From contig OZ024746.1 in assembly GCA_964016885.1 (NCBI GenBank), forward strand, positions 434,001 to 498,000: 64,000 nucleotides of DNA, in the 5' to 3' direction. Of the stretch, positions 26,163 to 38,667 are shown piece by piece. This DNA comes from Eledone cirrhosa (Eukaryota). A model generated the notes under the pieces. It was not told the DNA's origin. It saw nothing but the letters and a program-made list of their open reading frames with translations, and made no database searches. Numbering within the stretch: position 1 is the stretch's first letter; each line of letters begins with the position of its first letter. A program made the position numbers and the translations under genes.

Positions 26163-27670
26163 ATCTTTCATTAGAAATATGGTAATTAAAGGGTTAATGA
26201 CAGATAGTGTCTTTCATTAGAAATATGGTAAAGAAAGGGTTAATGACATAGACAGTGTCTTTCATTAGAAATATGGTAATGAAAGGGTTAATGACATAGA
26301 CAGTGTCTTTCATTAGAAATATGGTAATTAAAGGGTTAATGACAGATAGTGTCTTTCATTAGAAATATGGTAAAGAAAGGGTTAATGACATAGACAGTGT
26401 CTTTCATTAGAAATATGGTAATGAAAGGGTTAATGACATAGACAGTGTCTTTCATTAGAAATATGGTAATGAAAGGGTTAATGACATAGACAGTGTCTTT
26501 CATTAGAAATATGGCAATGAAAGAGTTAATGACATAGACAGTGTCTTTCATTAGAAATATGGTAATGAAAGGGTTAATGACATAGGTAGTGTCTTTCATT
26601 AGAAATATGGTAATGAAAGGGTTAATGACATAGACAGTGTCTTTCATTAGAAATATGGTAATGAAAGAGTTAATGACATAGACAGTGTCTTTCATTAGAA
26701 ATATGGTAATTAAAGGGTTAATGACATAGGTAGTGTCTTTCATTAGAAATATGGTAAAGAAAGGGTTAATGACATAGACAGTGTCTTTCATTAGAAATAT
26801 GGTAATGAAAGGGTTAATGACATAGACAGTGTCTTTCATTAGAAATATGGTAATGAAAGGGTTAATGACATAGACAGTGTCTTTCATTAGAAATATGGTA
26901 ATGAAAGGGTTAATGACATAGACAGTGTCTTTCATTAGAAATATGGTAATGAAAGGGTTAATGACATAGACAGTGTCTTTCATTAGAAATATGGTAATTA
27001 AAGGGTTAATGACATAGGTAGTGTCTTTCATTAGAAATATGGTAAAGAAAGGGTTAATGACATAGACAGTGTCTTTCATTAGAAATATGGCAATGAAAGG
27101 GTTAATGACATAGACAGTATCTTTCATTAGAAATATGGTAATGAAAGGGTTAATGACATAGACAGTGTCTTTCATTAGAAATATGGTAATGAAAGGGTTA
27201 ATGACATAGGTAGTGTCTTTCATTAGAAATATGGTAAAGAAAGGGTTAATGACATAGACAGTGTCTTTCATTAGAAATATGGTAATGAAAGGGTTAATGA
27301 CATAGGTAGTGTCTTTCATTAGAAATATGGTAATGAAAGGGTTAATGACATAGGTAGTGTCTTTCATTAGAAATATGATAATGAAAGGGTTAATGACATA
27401 GGTAGTGTCTTTCATTAGAAATATGGTAATGAAAGGGATAATGACATAGACAGTGTCTTTCATTAGAAATATGGTAATGAAAGGGTTAATGACATAGACA
27501 GTGTCTTTCATTAGAATATGGTAATGAAAGGGTTAATGACATAGACAGTGTCTTTCATTAGAAATATGGTAATGAAAGGGTTAATGACATAGGTAGTGTC
27601 TTTCATTAGAAATATGGTAATGAAAGGGTTAATGACATAGACAGTGTCTTTCATTAGAAATATGGTAAAA
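26163..27670. repeat. 48 bp minisatellite (~31 units) derived from a piggyBac-like MITE end
   Basis: GTGTCTTTCATTAGAAATATGGTAATGAAAGGGTTAATGACATAGACA. Confidence 0.97.
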
Positions 27671-28019
27671 AAAAGTGTCAATGATGTTAGCTTGGATGGA
27701 TTTGATTATGATTGTGGTGGTGATGATTCTTTCCCCATTTTGTAGAAACTAATATTATAAAACCTGAAAGTATAATATTGGAGACATTGCCAATAATAAT
27801 ATATATCAGGCACATTAAAAAAGGGTTTTTAATTATAATAATAATAATTGGAGTAATTATTCTGTTGTTGAAAGGTCATTTATGTCAAATTAACTGCTGA
27901 ATATGGTGGGTTGTGTAAAGTAAAATTGTTTTACCAAGCTATTTGAGAACATTATTAATAAAAGCTGTATATAATATGTACACTGTGACTGTAGTCAGTT
28001 GTACCTCCATAGGTTCCAG

Positions 28020-28556
28020 CAATGAATATGTCAGTTGTTTAAACAACGGAACAGTCTGCTCATTGAAATGAACATTGCCGAGTATTCCACAGACACACAT
28101 GTGCCCTTAAAATAGTTCTCAGGAAGATTCAGCATGACAGTAACAAGACTGGTCCTTTCAATTACAGGTACACTCAATTTTTCCAGCTAAGCAGACTGGA
28201 GCAATGTAAAATAAAGTGCCTGCTGAAGGACATGATGCAGCTGCAGGAACCAAACATGCAACCTTACACTAATTGAGCAGTTCCTAAAGAAAGAACAAAG
28301 AAAATGAAAAGGAGAAAAAGAAAGAAGAATTAAGAAAGGGATGGGGAGACAGTCTGAGTGGTGCCTCAGTTGTGACCTGCAGACAAAACAGCAAAAACGT
28401 TACCACAGAAAATGACCAGAGACACCAGTTACAACAGCCACCCCACCTCAAATGGGCTGTCGTCTTTCTGACGAAGGATCAGTCAGGCCCCAGTATTTAT
28501 TTTCCTCTTCTCTGCGGGCAGTGGAGCCTGCACCCTAACCACTAAGCCACACACCT
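28020..28556 (-). mobile_element. Older tRNA/CORE-like SINE interrupted by a ~250 bp insert
   Basis: Head CCCTAACCACTAAGCCAC at about 28533-28550, body 28020-28270. Related bodies at about 35515-35660, 41930-42060 and 55760-55910. Confidence 0.6.
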
Positions 28557-29149
28557 TCAAGTGGCTCAACAAGAGATCAGTTGAAATTATTGACATGGTG
28601 GCCAGTTTACTGTCAACCTGGCTGACAGTAAACTGGCCACCATGTCAATAGGTTGACAACACAGTTGACCTCCTCAAGAAATTGAGGTAATGATGTTAAT
28701 GTTTATGTATAGCTAAGCAAAGATTAGCTGAAAGAGTATAAGAGGGAATCAGATATATACAAGAGAGGTATGGACACTTGATGGGTGTGGGTGATTGTTG
28801 GGTGAAGTGCTGTGAGATCCCAGTGGAAGGAAGAGGCAGTAGAGGAAAACCAAGAAAGATCTGCAGTGATGGGAACTGATTAAAAATGGCTGAACCTCAC
28901 TGAGATGGTGATGTGAATTGGGTGCTTCTTTTCATGGGACCAGCGATACTGCATTAGAGTGTGGGCTGGGTACATGTTATCACAGCACCACTATAAAACT
29001 AGCACCACTACTGCAATGCAGAAGGATCAATGAGCCACAACTAGATTTATATCTCTAGAAGGAAATATGGCTTTAAGTCTGAAGAAGAGGATATATTAAA
29101 GTAAAGATCAACAAAGCTATGACAGGAATCTACTCAAAGATAGTTGACC

Positions 29150-29398
29150 CTGTTGATACCACATGAAACCACCCCCACATGGGTTTAATCCTAGATACCA
29201 CATGAAACCACCCTCACATGGGTTCAATCCTGTTGATACCACATGAAACCACCCCCACATGGGTTTAATCCTGTTGATACCACATGGGTTCAATCCTGTT
29301 GATACCACATGAAACCACCCCCACATGGGTTTAATCCTGTTGATACCACATGGGTTCAATCCTGTTGATACCACATGAAACCACCCCCACATGGGTTG
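29150..29398. repeat. Compound 41/24 bp tandem repeat
   Basis: CTGTTGATACCACATGAAACCACCCCCACATGGGTTTAATC units. Confidence 0.93.
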
Positions 29399-29463
29399 AA
29401 GGATATGAAGCTTTATTTTTAATTGTTTTTATCTAAAAACCTATCATTATTTTATGTAAGAAC

Positions 29464-30844
29464 GGTGGATTGGCAGTATCGGTAGAGGGTCGGACGCCAT
29501 GCTTTCCAGCATAGTTACGTCCCTTTACGGTCTGAGTTCAAATCCCGTTGAGGTTAACTTTGCCTTTCATCCTTACGGGGTCGATAAAATAAAGTACCAG
29601 TAATGTACTGGGTAATTGCTGGCCTTGTGCCTAAAGTAGAAACAATTATTTTATGTAAGAACGGGCGGTGGATTGGCAGTATCGGTAAGGGTTGGACGCC
29701 ATGCTTTGAAGCATAGAGTTACCTCCCTTTATGATCTGAGTTCAAATCCCGCCGAGGTTAACTTTGCCTTTCATCCTTACGGGGTCGATAAAATAAAGTA
29801 CCAGTAATGCACTGGGATAATTGCTGGCCTTGTGCCAAAAGTAGAAACAATTATTTTATGTAAGAACCTTTGTTAAGTTATGTTCCAAATACCAGCCCAA
29901 TAATAAACCAAACAGCCACCCACAACATTAATGTAGGGAACAAACATAAATTCTATAAAGACCCAGTTCTACATTTTACACAAGGCCAGCAATTTGAAGG
30001 GAAAGGCAAAGTTGATTACCCAGTACATTACTGGTACTTTATTTTATCGAGTTCGTAAGGATGAAAAGCAAAGCTAACCTCGGCAGTTCTCAAATAATTG
30101 TTTCTACTTTAGGCACAAGGCCAGCAATTATCCAGTGCATTACTGGTACTTTATTTTATCGACCCCGTAAGGATGAAAGGCAAAGTCAACCTCGGCGGGA
30201 TTTGAACTCAGATCGTAAAGGGACGTAATTCTATGCTTCAAAGCATGGCGTCCGACCCTCTACTGATACTGCCAATCCACCGGCAGTTCTCAAATAATGG
30301 TTTCTGATTTAGGCACAAGGTGAACAATTTTGGGGGAAGGGAAAATCAATTAAATCAACCCCAGTGTGTTACTAGTACTTTATTTTATCGACCACCATAA
30401 AGATGAAAGGCAAAGCTAACCTCAGCATTTGTTAACTAATGAAAGGATGAAAGCAATACATTTGTAGGAGATATTGTTAACACTAATATGTAGTGTTTGT
30501 ACACTTCAAGTGCTCACTAATGTAACAGCTTAGAGAACAACTTACAGAGGAAAACTCTTGCTTATGACTCAAACTGTATTTGGATGAACACTGTATATAT
30601 TTTATATCTACACTCAGGTCCCAAATAATGGTTTCTTAAATAGGCACAAGGCCAGCAATTTTGGGGGTGAGGAAAGTCGATTAGATCGACCCCAGTGCGT
30701 GACTGGTACTTTATTTTATCGACCCCGTAAGGATGAAAGGCAAAGTTAACCATGGCGGGATTTGAACTCAGATCATAAAGGGCCATAACTCTATGCTGCA
30801 AAGCATGGCATCCGACCCTCTACCAATACTGCCAATCCACCGCC
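29464..30844. mobile_element. Cluster of Meta-like SINEs: 29464-29650(+), 29663-29855(+), 30095-30283(-), 30625-30844(-), plus partial copies
   Basis: Near-identical ~190-220 bp copies with 16-17 bp target-site duplications. Confidence 0.92.
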
Positions 30845-31404
30845 CTCAGGTCCCAAATAATAGGGGCAGTTGGAATAAGTGGGAACAGGTTTGGAAAATC
30901 AGTAATCTTTCTAGGTTGTCTCCATTGTTTTGTTTTTTTAAAACCATAATTAGTCGTTTAGTTTACATATTGAGACCCCAACCATCCTATTTATTTTATA
31001 ATTGTGGGATTTCTAGTAATGTTCTTTTTTGTCATGTATGTTTTTTAATGTCTAAAACTAGGCAGTGTCTTTCATTAGAAATATGGTAACAAAACAAACA
31101 TACAAAAACAAAAAAAAAAGATACTAACAAGAATAATTTACAGTAAAAATACTTTAAAATTGAAAAATAAATATGACATTTCTATTGACAATAACACTAA
31201 TGTGAACAATTGTGTCATATTTAGCAACAACAACAGGAATTTTTAATGCCAGCAAAAGTACAGGTTTGGCCTTGTACTTTGGTAAAGTTAGCTGCAAGTA
31301 ACAAATATCAACTAATTAGTTATAAGACAGTTTGGCAACATACAACTAGAACCCTTGTGATAGCTCCCAAATACTAAACCTCTTAATTACCAAGGATCAT
31401 CCTT

Positions 31405-31633
31405 TCAACCCTGTCATGACCACATTTCTAATGAAATACACTATCTTAATTAATGAAGAATTTCGAGGGTTTACTAAAATTATTATTTCATTAGTAAGAC
31501 AGTAACTTAATATAAGGTTCTTATATAAAATTATGTTGCAAGATTTTAATTTAAATTGAAAACCTTTAAAATAGGTGGTTTTATTTCATAGAACCAGAGC
31601 TGGTTTTGGCCAGGTTGGTAACTAAAGGGTTAA
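31405..31633. mobile_element. piggyBac-like MITE
   Basis: Reverse complement of 23364-23592; AAAGGG|TTAA end. Confidence 0.75.
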
Positions 31634-31685
31634 TATAGTCAGAAAATGATTCAGCGCCCAACAATTACTGGGTGACAGCCTCTCC

Positions 31686-31729
<44 letters not shown>

Positions 31730-33541
31730 CCAGGAGGGGGGGGGGTGCTTACCGTTATTCTATTTGTATATATTAACTTACATTGTATGAAATGGCAATT
31801 GTTGTTGAGCGAGGAATTTAGTGTAGATGTTGGTGTCAATCAAGTGTTCTCAACCCTCCTGTTTTAGTTCTGCAGCCCATAACTGGAAATTAAAACCAGA
31901 TGTCTGTGGAAACATCTGTAAGCTGAAATACTTAAAAGTGAATCTGTGGAAGTTCATTTGAGAAAATATTCCAGATATGGAAATAAAACCTAGAATGACC
32001 ATATGTAAGCAAGATGCAGATCCCTCAGCCTGTCTGGAAGGCCAGTAATCCCACTTCAGTACTGACTTGGTCTATGTAGACCCATCAAACTCTTGCTAAC
32101 AGGGAAAGCAGATGTTAAATGATGATTAATGGAGAAACCTTGGAAATAAAACTTAGCAAAGACAGAAAGCAAGAAAAAGACAAGATACTGCTGCCATTAA
32201 GGAAATGGTCATGTCTGATAGACAGAAAAGAAGTAGATAGGAATTCCATACAACATAACGTAACCTATTGGTACACAAGAGGACCAAAGATAAAATATAT
32301 GCTATTAATACTAAGATAAATACTTGAGTGACTCTGGAGACTTACATAACTGTCACTTATATAGAAATTTGACAGACCTAAGAAGTGGGGACAGTAAACT
32401 TAAAGAGTTCCTATACTTTAATATTAAAAATATAATTAATGACTGAAAAAGATGTGTATGTGAACTTGGCTTGTACATCACCTTTATTTCCTCTTTCCAG
32501 TCACCTTTATGTACCAACACACTTGTCCTCTTCTTCGCAATCTTTTCTACATTTCATCTGCCTGTCACCCAGATAGTCTATATTGTCCGACGCTCTACCG
32601 ATTACTACCAATCCTTTGTTTATCAATCAATATATAATAATACTATGCACGTGAGTTCAAATAAAATCTCAAGTTTTAAATGATTTAGGAATAAGTAAAG
32701 TGTGATTTACATCTAAAACATCTCGGCAGAATTTCGAATTTCTCTTTTGGAATTTTTTTTTTTGTGTGTGTTAGAATGGGGGGAGGCGATTTGATCGGAT
32801 TCCTACATTTGAAATTAAAAGATATTAGATTCTGAATTTTTTTTAAATCAGAGTTCTGGTTATTACGGTTAGAGCTGGTTAGGATTAAAGTCTGAGTATT
32901 GAGGGAGTGAACAATTAGAATTTCAATTTTTTTTTTTTTCAGTATCATAAATTTTCCGTATTTCAAAAGTAGGAAGAATCCATAAAAAAAAGTTACGACT
33001 CCGAAACGTCGGGATATTTCCCGACTTCAACAGGTTGATAACTTAGAGAAACTAAAAAAATTATATACACTCAGTGTAGTCCTTGTTGAGGGTTCTATTA
33101 AAGTGAAAATCGTAAACAATGAAACGTACTTTGTGTTTGTGAAAAGAAGAAAATATGCTTATTATGTGTAACGGAATGTGTTTAGTTTGTGCATATACGC
33201 TGCCACAAGAATGGAGGACATACTGAATTTCTGTTTACATTTTATGCTGCCAGGGAGACGGATAGAATGAACTATAAATACAATTTCCATTACATAATGT
33301 CCCCTTTCTCTATTTTAACTAATATTTTCATAATTACTATATATATATACGCAATGCTTCGAGTAAACTACCATTTCCTTCATATATATATATATATATA
33401 TAAAGGAAATGGTATATATATATAAACACGAAACGTAAACAAACGAGTTAAAACTGTACTAAAGGGGAAAAAAAACAAAAGTGAAAATTATACTTAAAAA
33501 AACAAAAAAATATACAAAAGACACTAAAATATGGAATGTGC

Positions 33542-33579
<38 letters not shown>

Positions 33580-33932
33580 GCACATTCCATATTTAAGTAT
33601 AATTTTCACTTTTGTTTTTTTTCCCTTTCAGTACAGTTTTAACTCGTTTGTTTACGTTTCGTGTTTCACTTTAATAAAACCCTGAAATAGGACTGCCAGA
33701 TATTCTACTTACAATCAGTAGCTGAAAATATTGTTTACAATCAGACTCAAGTGCTACTACAACTTACAATAAAGGAAGACATGTAATTACTGGTTCCTGT
33801 ACATCTTACACAATAACAACAATGACAAGTTATAGAAACTGGTTGACAACTCTCAACAAAATGATAGATACATAAATAGATAGGTTTAAACCGAAATGGC
33901 AACAGCTACAAGAAAGCTATAGCTCCGTTACA

Positions 33933-33972
<40 letters not shown>

Positions 33973-33974
<2 letters not shown>

Positions 33975-34144
33975 CAAAGGAAATGTGGTAAGGAACCAAG
34001 TGGACCATAACGCACCAAAGTACTCAATACTTAGGGTAGTAGAGTGGGTAATAGGAACGAGTACGACCCCGACGGCTAATTCTGGACTAGTCCAGAATTA
34101 GCCGTCGAAACGGCTTGAGCTCAGTCGTGGGGGTCCTACTCGTT

Positions 34145-34148
<4 letters not shown>
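33973..34148 (+). mobile_element. Unclassified (TA)n-embedded fold-back element
   Basis: Flanked by (TA)n on both sides, nested inverted repeats, homologue at 46965-47145(-). Confidence 0.7.
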
Positions 34149-34207
<59 letters not shown>

Positions 34208-34640
34208 CTTGTGTGACGACCCTGTGATAAACAGGCAAAACTCGCGAAACTCCAGAGTAATAAGACTTACTATTTAACCTTAATAAAACGAAATTATATA
34301 TATAAATAAGGGTTCACTGAATGATGCGAAATATTGGTATATTATTTTTTTCGTCCATACAGAGGTCGATAAAATAAAGTACCAGTAATGTACTGGTTAT
34401 TGCTGGCCTTGTGCCAAAAGTAGAAACAATTATTTAAAGAGACATAAATATATCAATGATAGTGACACGAGTGAGGAAGAAGAATTAAACGACTATTGTT
34501 AAGTTGTTTTTAATTCCAGAGAAACGTCCTTAAATTACATCTTGAAGTACTTTGTGACATGACAGTAGAGTGAATATAGTTCCTAGCACAACTGTGGAGG
34601 ACAATTTAGAGGAGACAATCTTCTAAATAATAGCTGACAG

Positions 34641-34703
<63 letters not shown>

Positions 34704-35909
34704 TACATATATAACTCAGTAGTATCCAAATCTTTATTGATTAGGTGGTAAACTTATCAATCTGAGCACAAAATTTAATCACATAACATGTGACCTGTAT
34801 ATTATTGATTATATTGATCAGCTCGTTAACTCTAGCCCATAAAGATTGGACTAGATCTATCATCAAAGACACTCCAGCCGTGACCATCATATTTTAGGGC
34901 TTTCCAAGATTATCCAATATGTCATTCCCGTTTTATAAGATGGGTTACTAGCCAGTGGTGGATCAGGGAGTAGGAGCTGACTGTGGCTAAACAGAAACCA
35001 GGAGGGGTCTACATTACTTAAAGGGTACCAAAATGTTTTTACTACCATTAATATATTAGGCCCAGCGGCGTGCAGAGCTCTGGTGATGTCCGGGGCAATG
35101 TTGATTGTACGCACCAAAGACTCAAGTATAAGGTCTAACGCACCAAAGACTCAAGTATAAGGCCTATACTGAGAAATATTATGAGAAAGGAAAGTATTTT
35201 GAATATATAAATACAGATAAAACATGAAATAAACGCTTCATTCGATTTTAATATAAATCAATCAAATTTATTAAGTTCTTTTCCCCAAATAATGCTGAAA
35301 ATTATTTTCATTATTTTCATATCCAAAAGATACCCGGGGCCGATGAACCGTCTCCACCTCCCCATCTGCACGCTACTGTTAGGCCCCTAATGTGTGTGAT
35401 TTGAGGGAAATTTGACTGTTATAGATATCTGGTTGGTAGAAACAGACATATGTATACAAAAAAACGATATATGAGAGCCTGGTGAAAAATTCCTGGCTTT
35501 GGGTAAAAGAAAATCTCCCTGAGAATTGAGAATTACATTAATGAGACAACACGTGTCTGTGGAATACTTAGAACCACTTACACGTCAATACACGGGCAAG
35601 CTGTTCTGTTGATTTAGTGGTAAACTAAACGTTCATCGTCGAAACCGGTGGAGATCCATTCCATTACAAGTGAATTTCGACTTCACTCTGCAATTTCAAC
35701 AGACCATTCTCCCCTTTTCAACACCAGTCCTGTTGAAAGGGACATAATGTTTTCTCCGCCCTCCTAGCACCCCAGTCTTTTCTATATTGTCATTTCGAGA
35801 CCTACCTTACACCCAACACAACTACTATGACTAGTAATCAGTTGGTTGTGACGTGATTGATGTCCAACACACCTCAAAACAAAACATTCTGTAGCTTCAG
35901 ATTATTATG

Positions 35910-36390
35910 GAGTCCCAAATAATAGGGTGGAGAGTGAAAAATCAGTAATTTTTTTTAGGTTGTCACCGTTGATTTTTTTAAAGACCAGAATTAGTCGTTT
36001 AATTTACATATTGAGACAACCAACCCTTCTTCTCCCAGTTATTCCTGAGAGGGTCGTGGAGGTAGTCCTCAAACACTCCTTCCAACAGGTCCTGTCAGAA
36101 GCAACTGTCTCCAACTGATCCACCTGGATCCCCAAGTGAGACCCGTCAAGTTCATGGATGTTATCCAACCATCTTGCACAGGGTCTACCCCTAGGTCTCA
36201 ACGTATGGGATTTCTAGTAATATACTTTTTTGTCATGTATAATGTTTTTTAATGTCTAAAGAAAATTAATTGTCGCAGGAATGCTACCACTTAAGATAAA
36301 ATTTCTCTGGCGATAGATTAACAAAATCTAATAAGCTGGGTGGGATCTGAAAAATTAGTAAGTGGCGGGAAGACGATTATTCGAGACCCG

Positions 36391-36392
<2 letters not shown>
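35910..36392. mobile_element. Tc1/mariner-like MITE carrying an RTE family D insert
   Basis: Ends GTCCCAAATAAT...ATTATTCGAGACCC. Related copies at about 12395-12640, 25562-25790 and 30845-31060. Superfamily is inference. Confidence 0.55.
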
Positions 36393-36433
<41 letters not shown>

Positions 36434-38193
36434 TATAAAGTAATGCTAATGAAAACTAAAAGTAATAAACGAGACGAAATGTTTAAAATATTCTTTCAAA
36501 AGTTTTAAATAAATAAAATTTCAACAATATATTATAATTGGCAATTAAATTATTGTTTAGCCCCAGGTCAGCTATGATGGAGTAAACATATGGTCAAAGG
36601 GCGTTTCTAATTATGACCATTCCGTCTTTCTCAGAACCACACGCACATAATATGTCCTCTTTTTTTAAAAATAGGTAGAGAGATTTGGTCGAAAATATCA
36701 ACAGTTTTGGGGTGTTTCTGCTTATTTAAAGAATTATTCCAAGCTGTGATATGGGATAGAAATGTCTTCTTATAATAACTATTACACTTCTAGTTAAGAA
36801 AATAAACCATAAAAATATATACAACTGAAAATAATTATTTCTACTTTAGGCACAAGGCCAGCAATTACCCAGTGCATTACTGGTACTTTATTTTATCGAC
36901 CCCGTAAGAATGAAAGGCAAAGTCAACCTCGGTGGGATTTGAAAATAATGACAGTAAATAATTAATATTAGAAGCGAAATGTCAACTAAATATGAATGCG
37001 ATGAAAATAATTAGAATAGTTTAATTTAATAGAGATTGTAGGAAAATAGTGAGGTTTCCGTTAAACTGACCTAGACGCCAGTTAGAAATTTCACTACATT
37101 ATATATATATAATTATGTAGATCCTGAGTGGAGTCGAGAGTAACCGCAGTTAAAAAGGTACTCAATACATTAGTAATGTAAACATCTTTGCCTTTAATTC
37201 TTAAGGAGTCGATAAAATAAAGTACCAGTAATGCACTGGAGTATTTGCTGGCCTTGTGCCATAAGTAGAAACAATTATTTAATATAGAAATGGCTTCTAC
37301 AGGGCTAGAATTGTTTTATTCGTAAGATGATTTCATACGAATGAAACAGTTCTAGTCCTGTAGAAGTCACTACTATATAATAAGGAAGCCTACACTCTAC
37401 CAATGTATTGAGTACCTTTGTTAACTGTGGTTACCTCCCGTCACAACTCGGGAGTCTACATTAGGATTAAACCAGTATTAAACTAACTTCAACTATTATT
37501 CAACAATCTGGAACTAACTGTCGAAACAGCAAGATCTCAGCCGTCGGGCCACGACTCTTTCTAATGTATGTGTGTGTTGTAGCGCATGTATATATAAAGT
37601 CTAAAAAATGAGAGAAACTCCTAAACAATATAAAAAGTATTTACGTAAATGTAAAGCGCACAAAGTCAAAACGACGAAGTTGTTGAGATGAAGAAATATA
37701 TATATATATATTGAAAGCACACCATAATTTAACTTGGTGTCCTTGAAATATGTATAATGAAATAAATATGGTTTTATAAATATAGTTTCCATTTGTTAAT
37801 ATATCGTATTTTTTACATCAATAATTTGTTGAGTGCTTTATATCAGTTATAAAAATATTTGCTTGTTGTATCCCAACAATTTAAATAGAACTTCTACATA
37901 TATTTATTTATATATATAGCTATAGTGTCGAGTACTCTGGTGCGTTATGATCTACCTGGTACCTTACCACACCCTCTTTGTTATATATATACTACTACTA
38001 AACAGTAAAACTATGACTATATGGTACTGACAATATATTGAATAAATTTGATAATTAATCAGTGAATAAACTTTAAAATAAATTATATTTAACTTGTTGC
38101 AGAGGTGTGAATAGAGAATAGAGAGAAATAAGGTTTCGATGTTCAATGAATTAGAAAATGTTTGGAATCACTAAATAATTCTTAAAAGAAGAA

Positions 38194-38247
<54 letters not shown>

Positions 38248-38667
38248 CACTTGTAAGAGTACTTTTGTTAATTGTCATGAAATATTGCTGCTAATTGACT
38301 TCTGTCAACTTTTCTATCTACAGTGATTGTAAAATGTTTTAAGTTTTCATACATTGAGAAAATCTTAACCGTTTTGTGTGTATATAGTTGTATATATGGG
38401 TGTGTATATCTATAAATGTGGGGCTCGACGGTTGAGCTCTTGCCGTATCCACAGTTACTTCCAGACTGTCTGGCAAGAGCTCATCCGTCGGTCCCCGACT
38501 CTATATATAATGGTTTCTTATATAGGCACAAGACCAGCAATTTTGGGGGAGGGAAAAGTCGATGAAATTGACCCAGTGCGTGACTGGTACTTTATTTTAT
38601 CGACCCCGTAAGTATGAAAGGCAAAGTTAACCTCGGTGGGATTTGAAGTCTATTTACAATAACTCAC

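Noticed and set aside
26336-27511. 391-aa hydrophobic repeat protein
   Set aside because: Translation of a 48-bp satellite with no splice or codon evidence.
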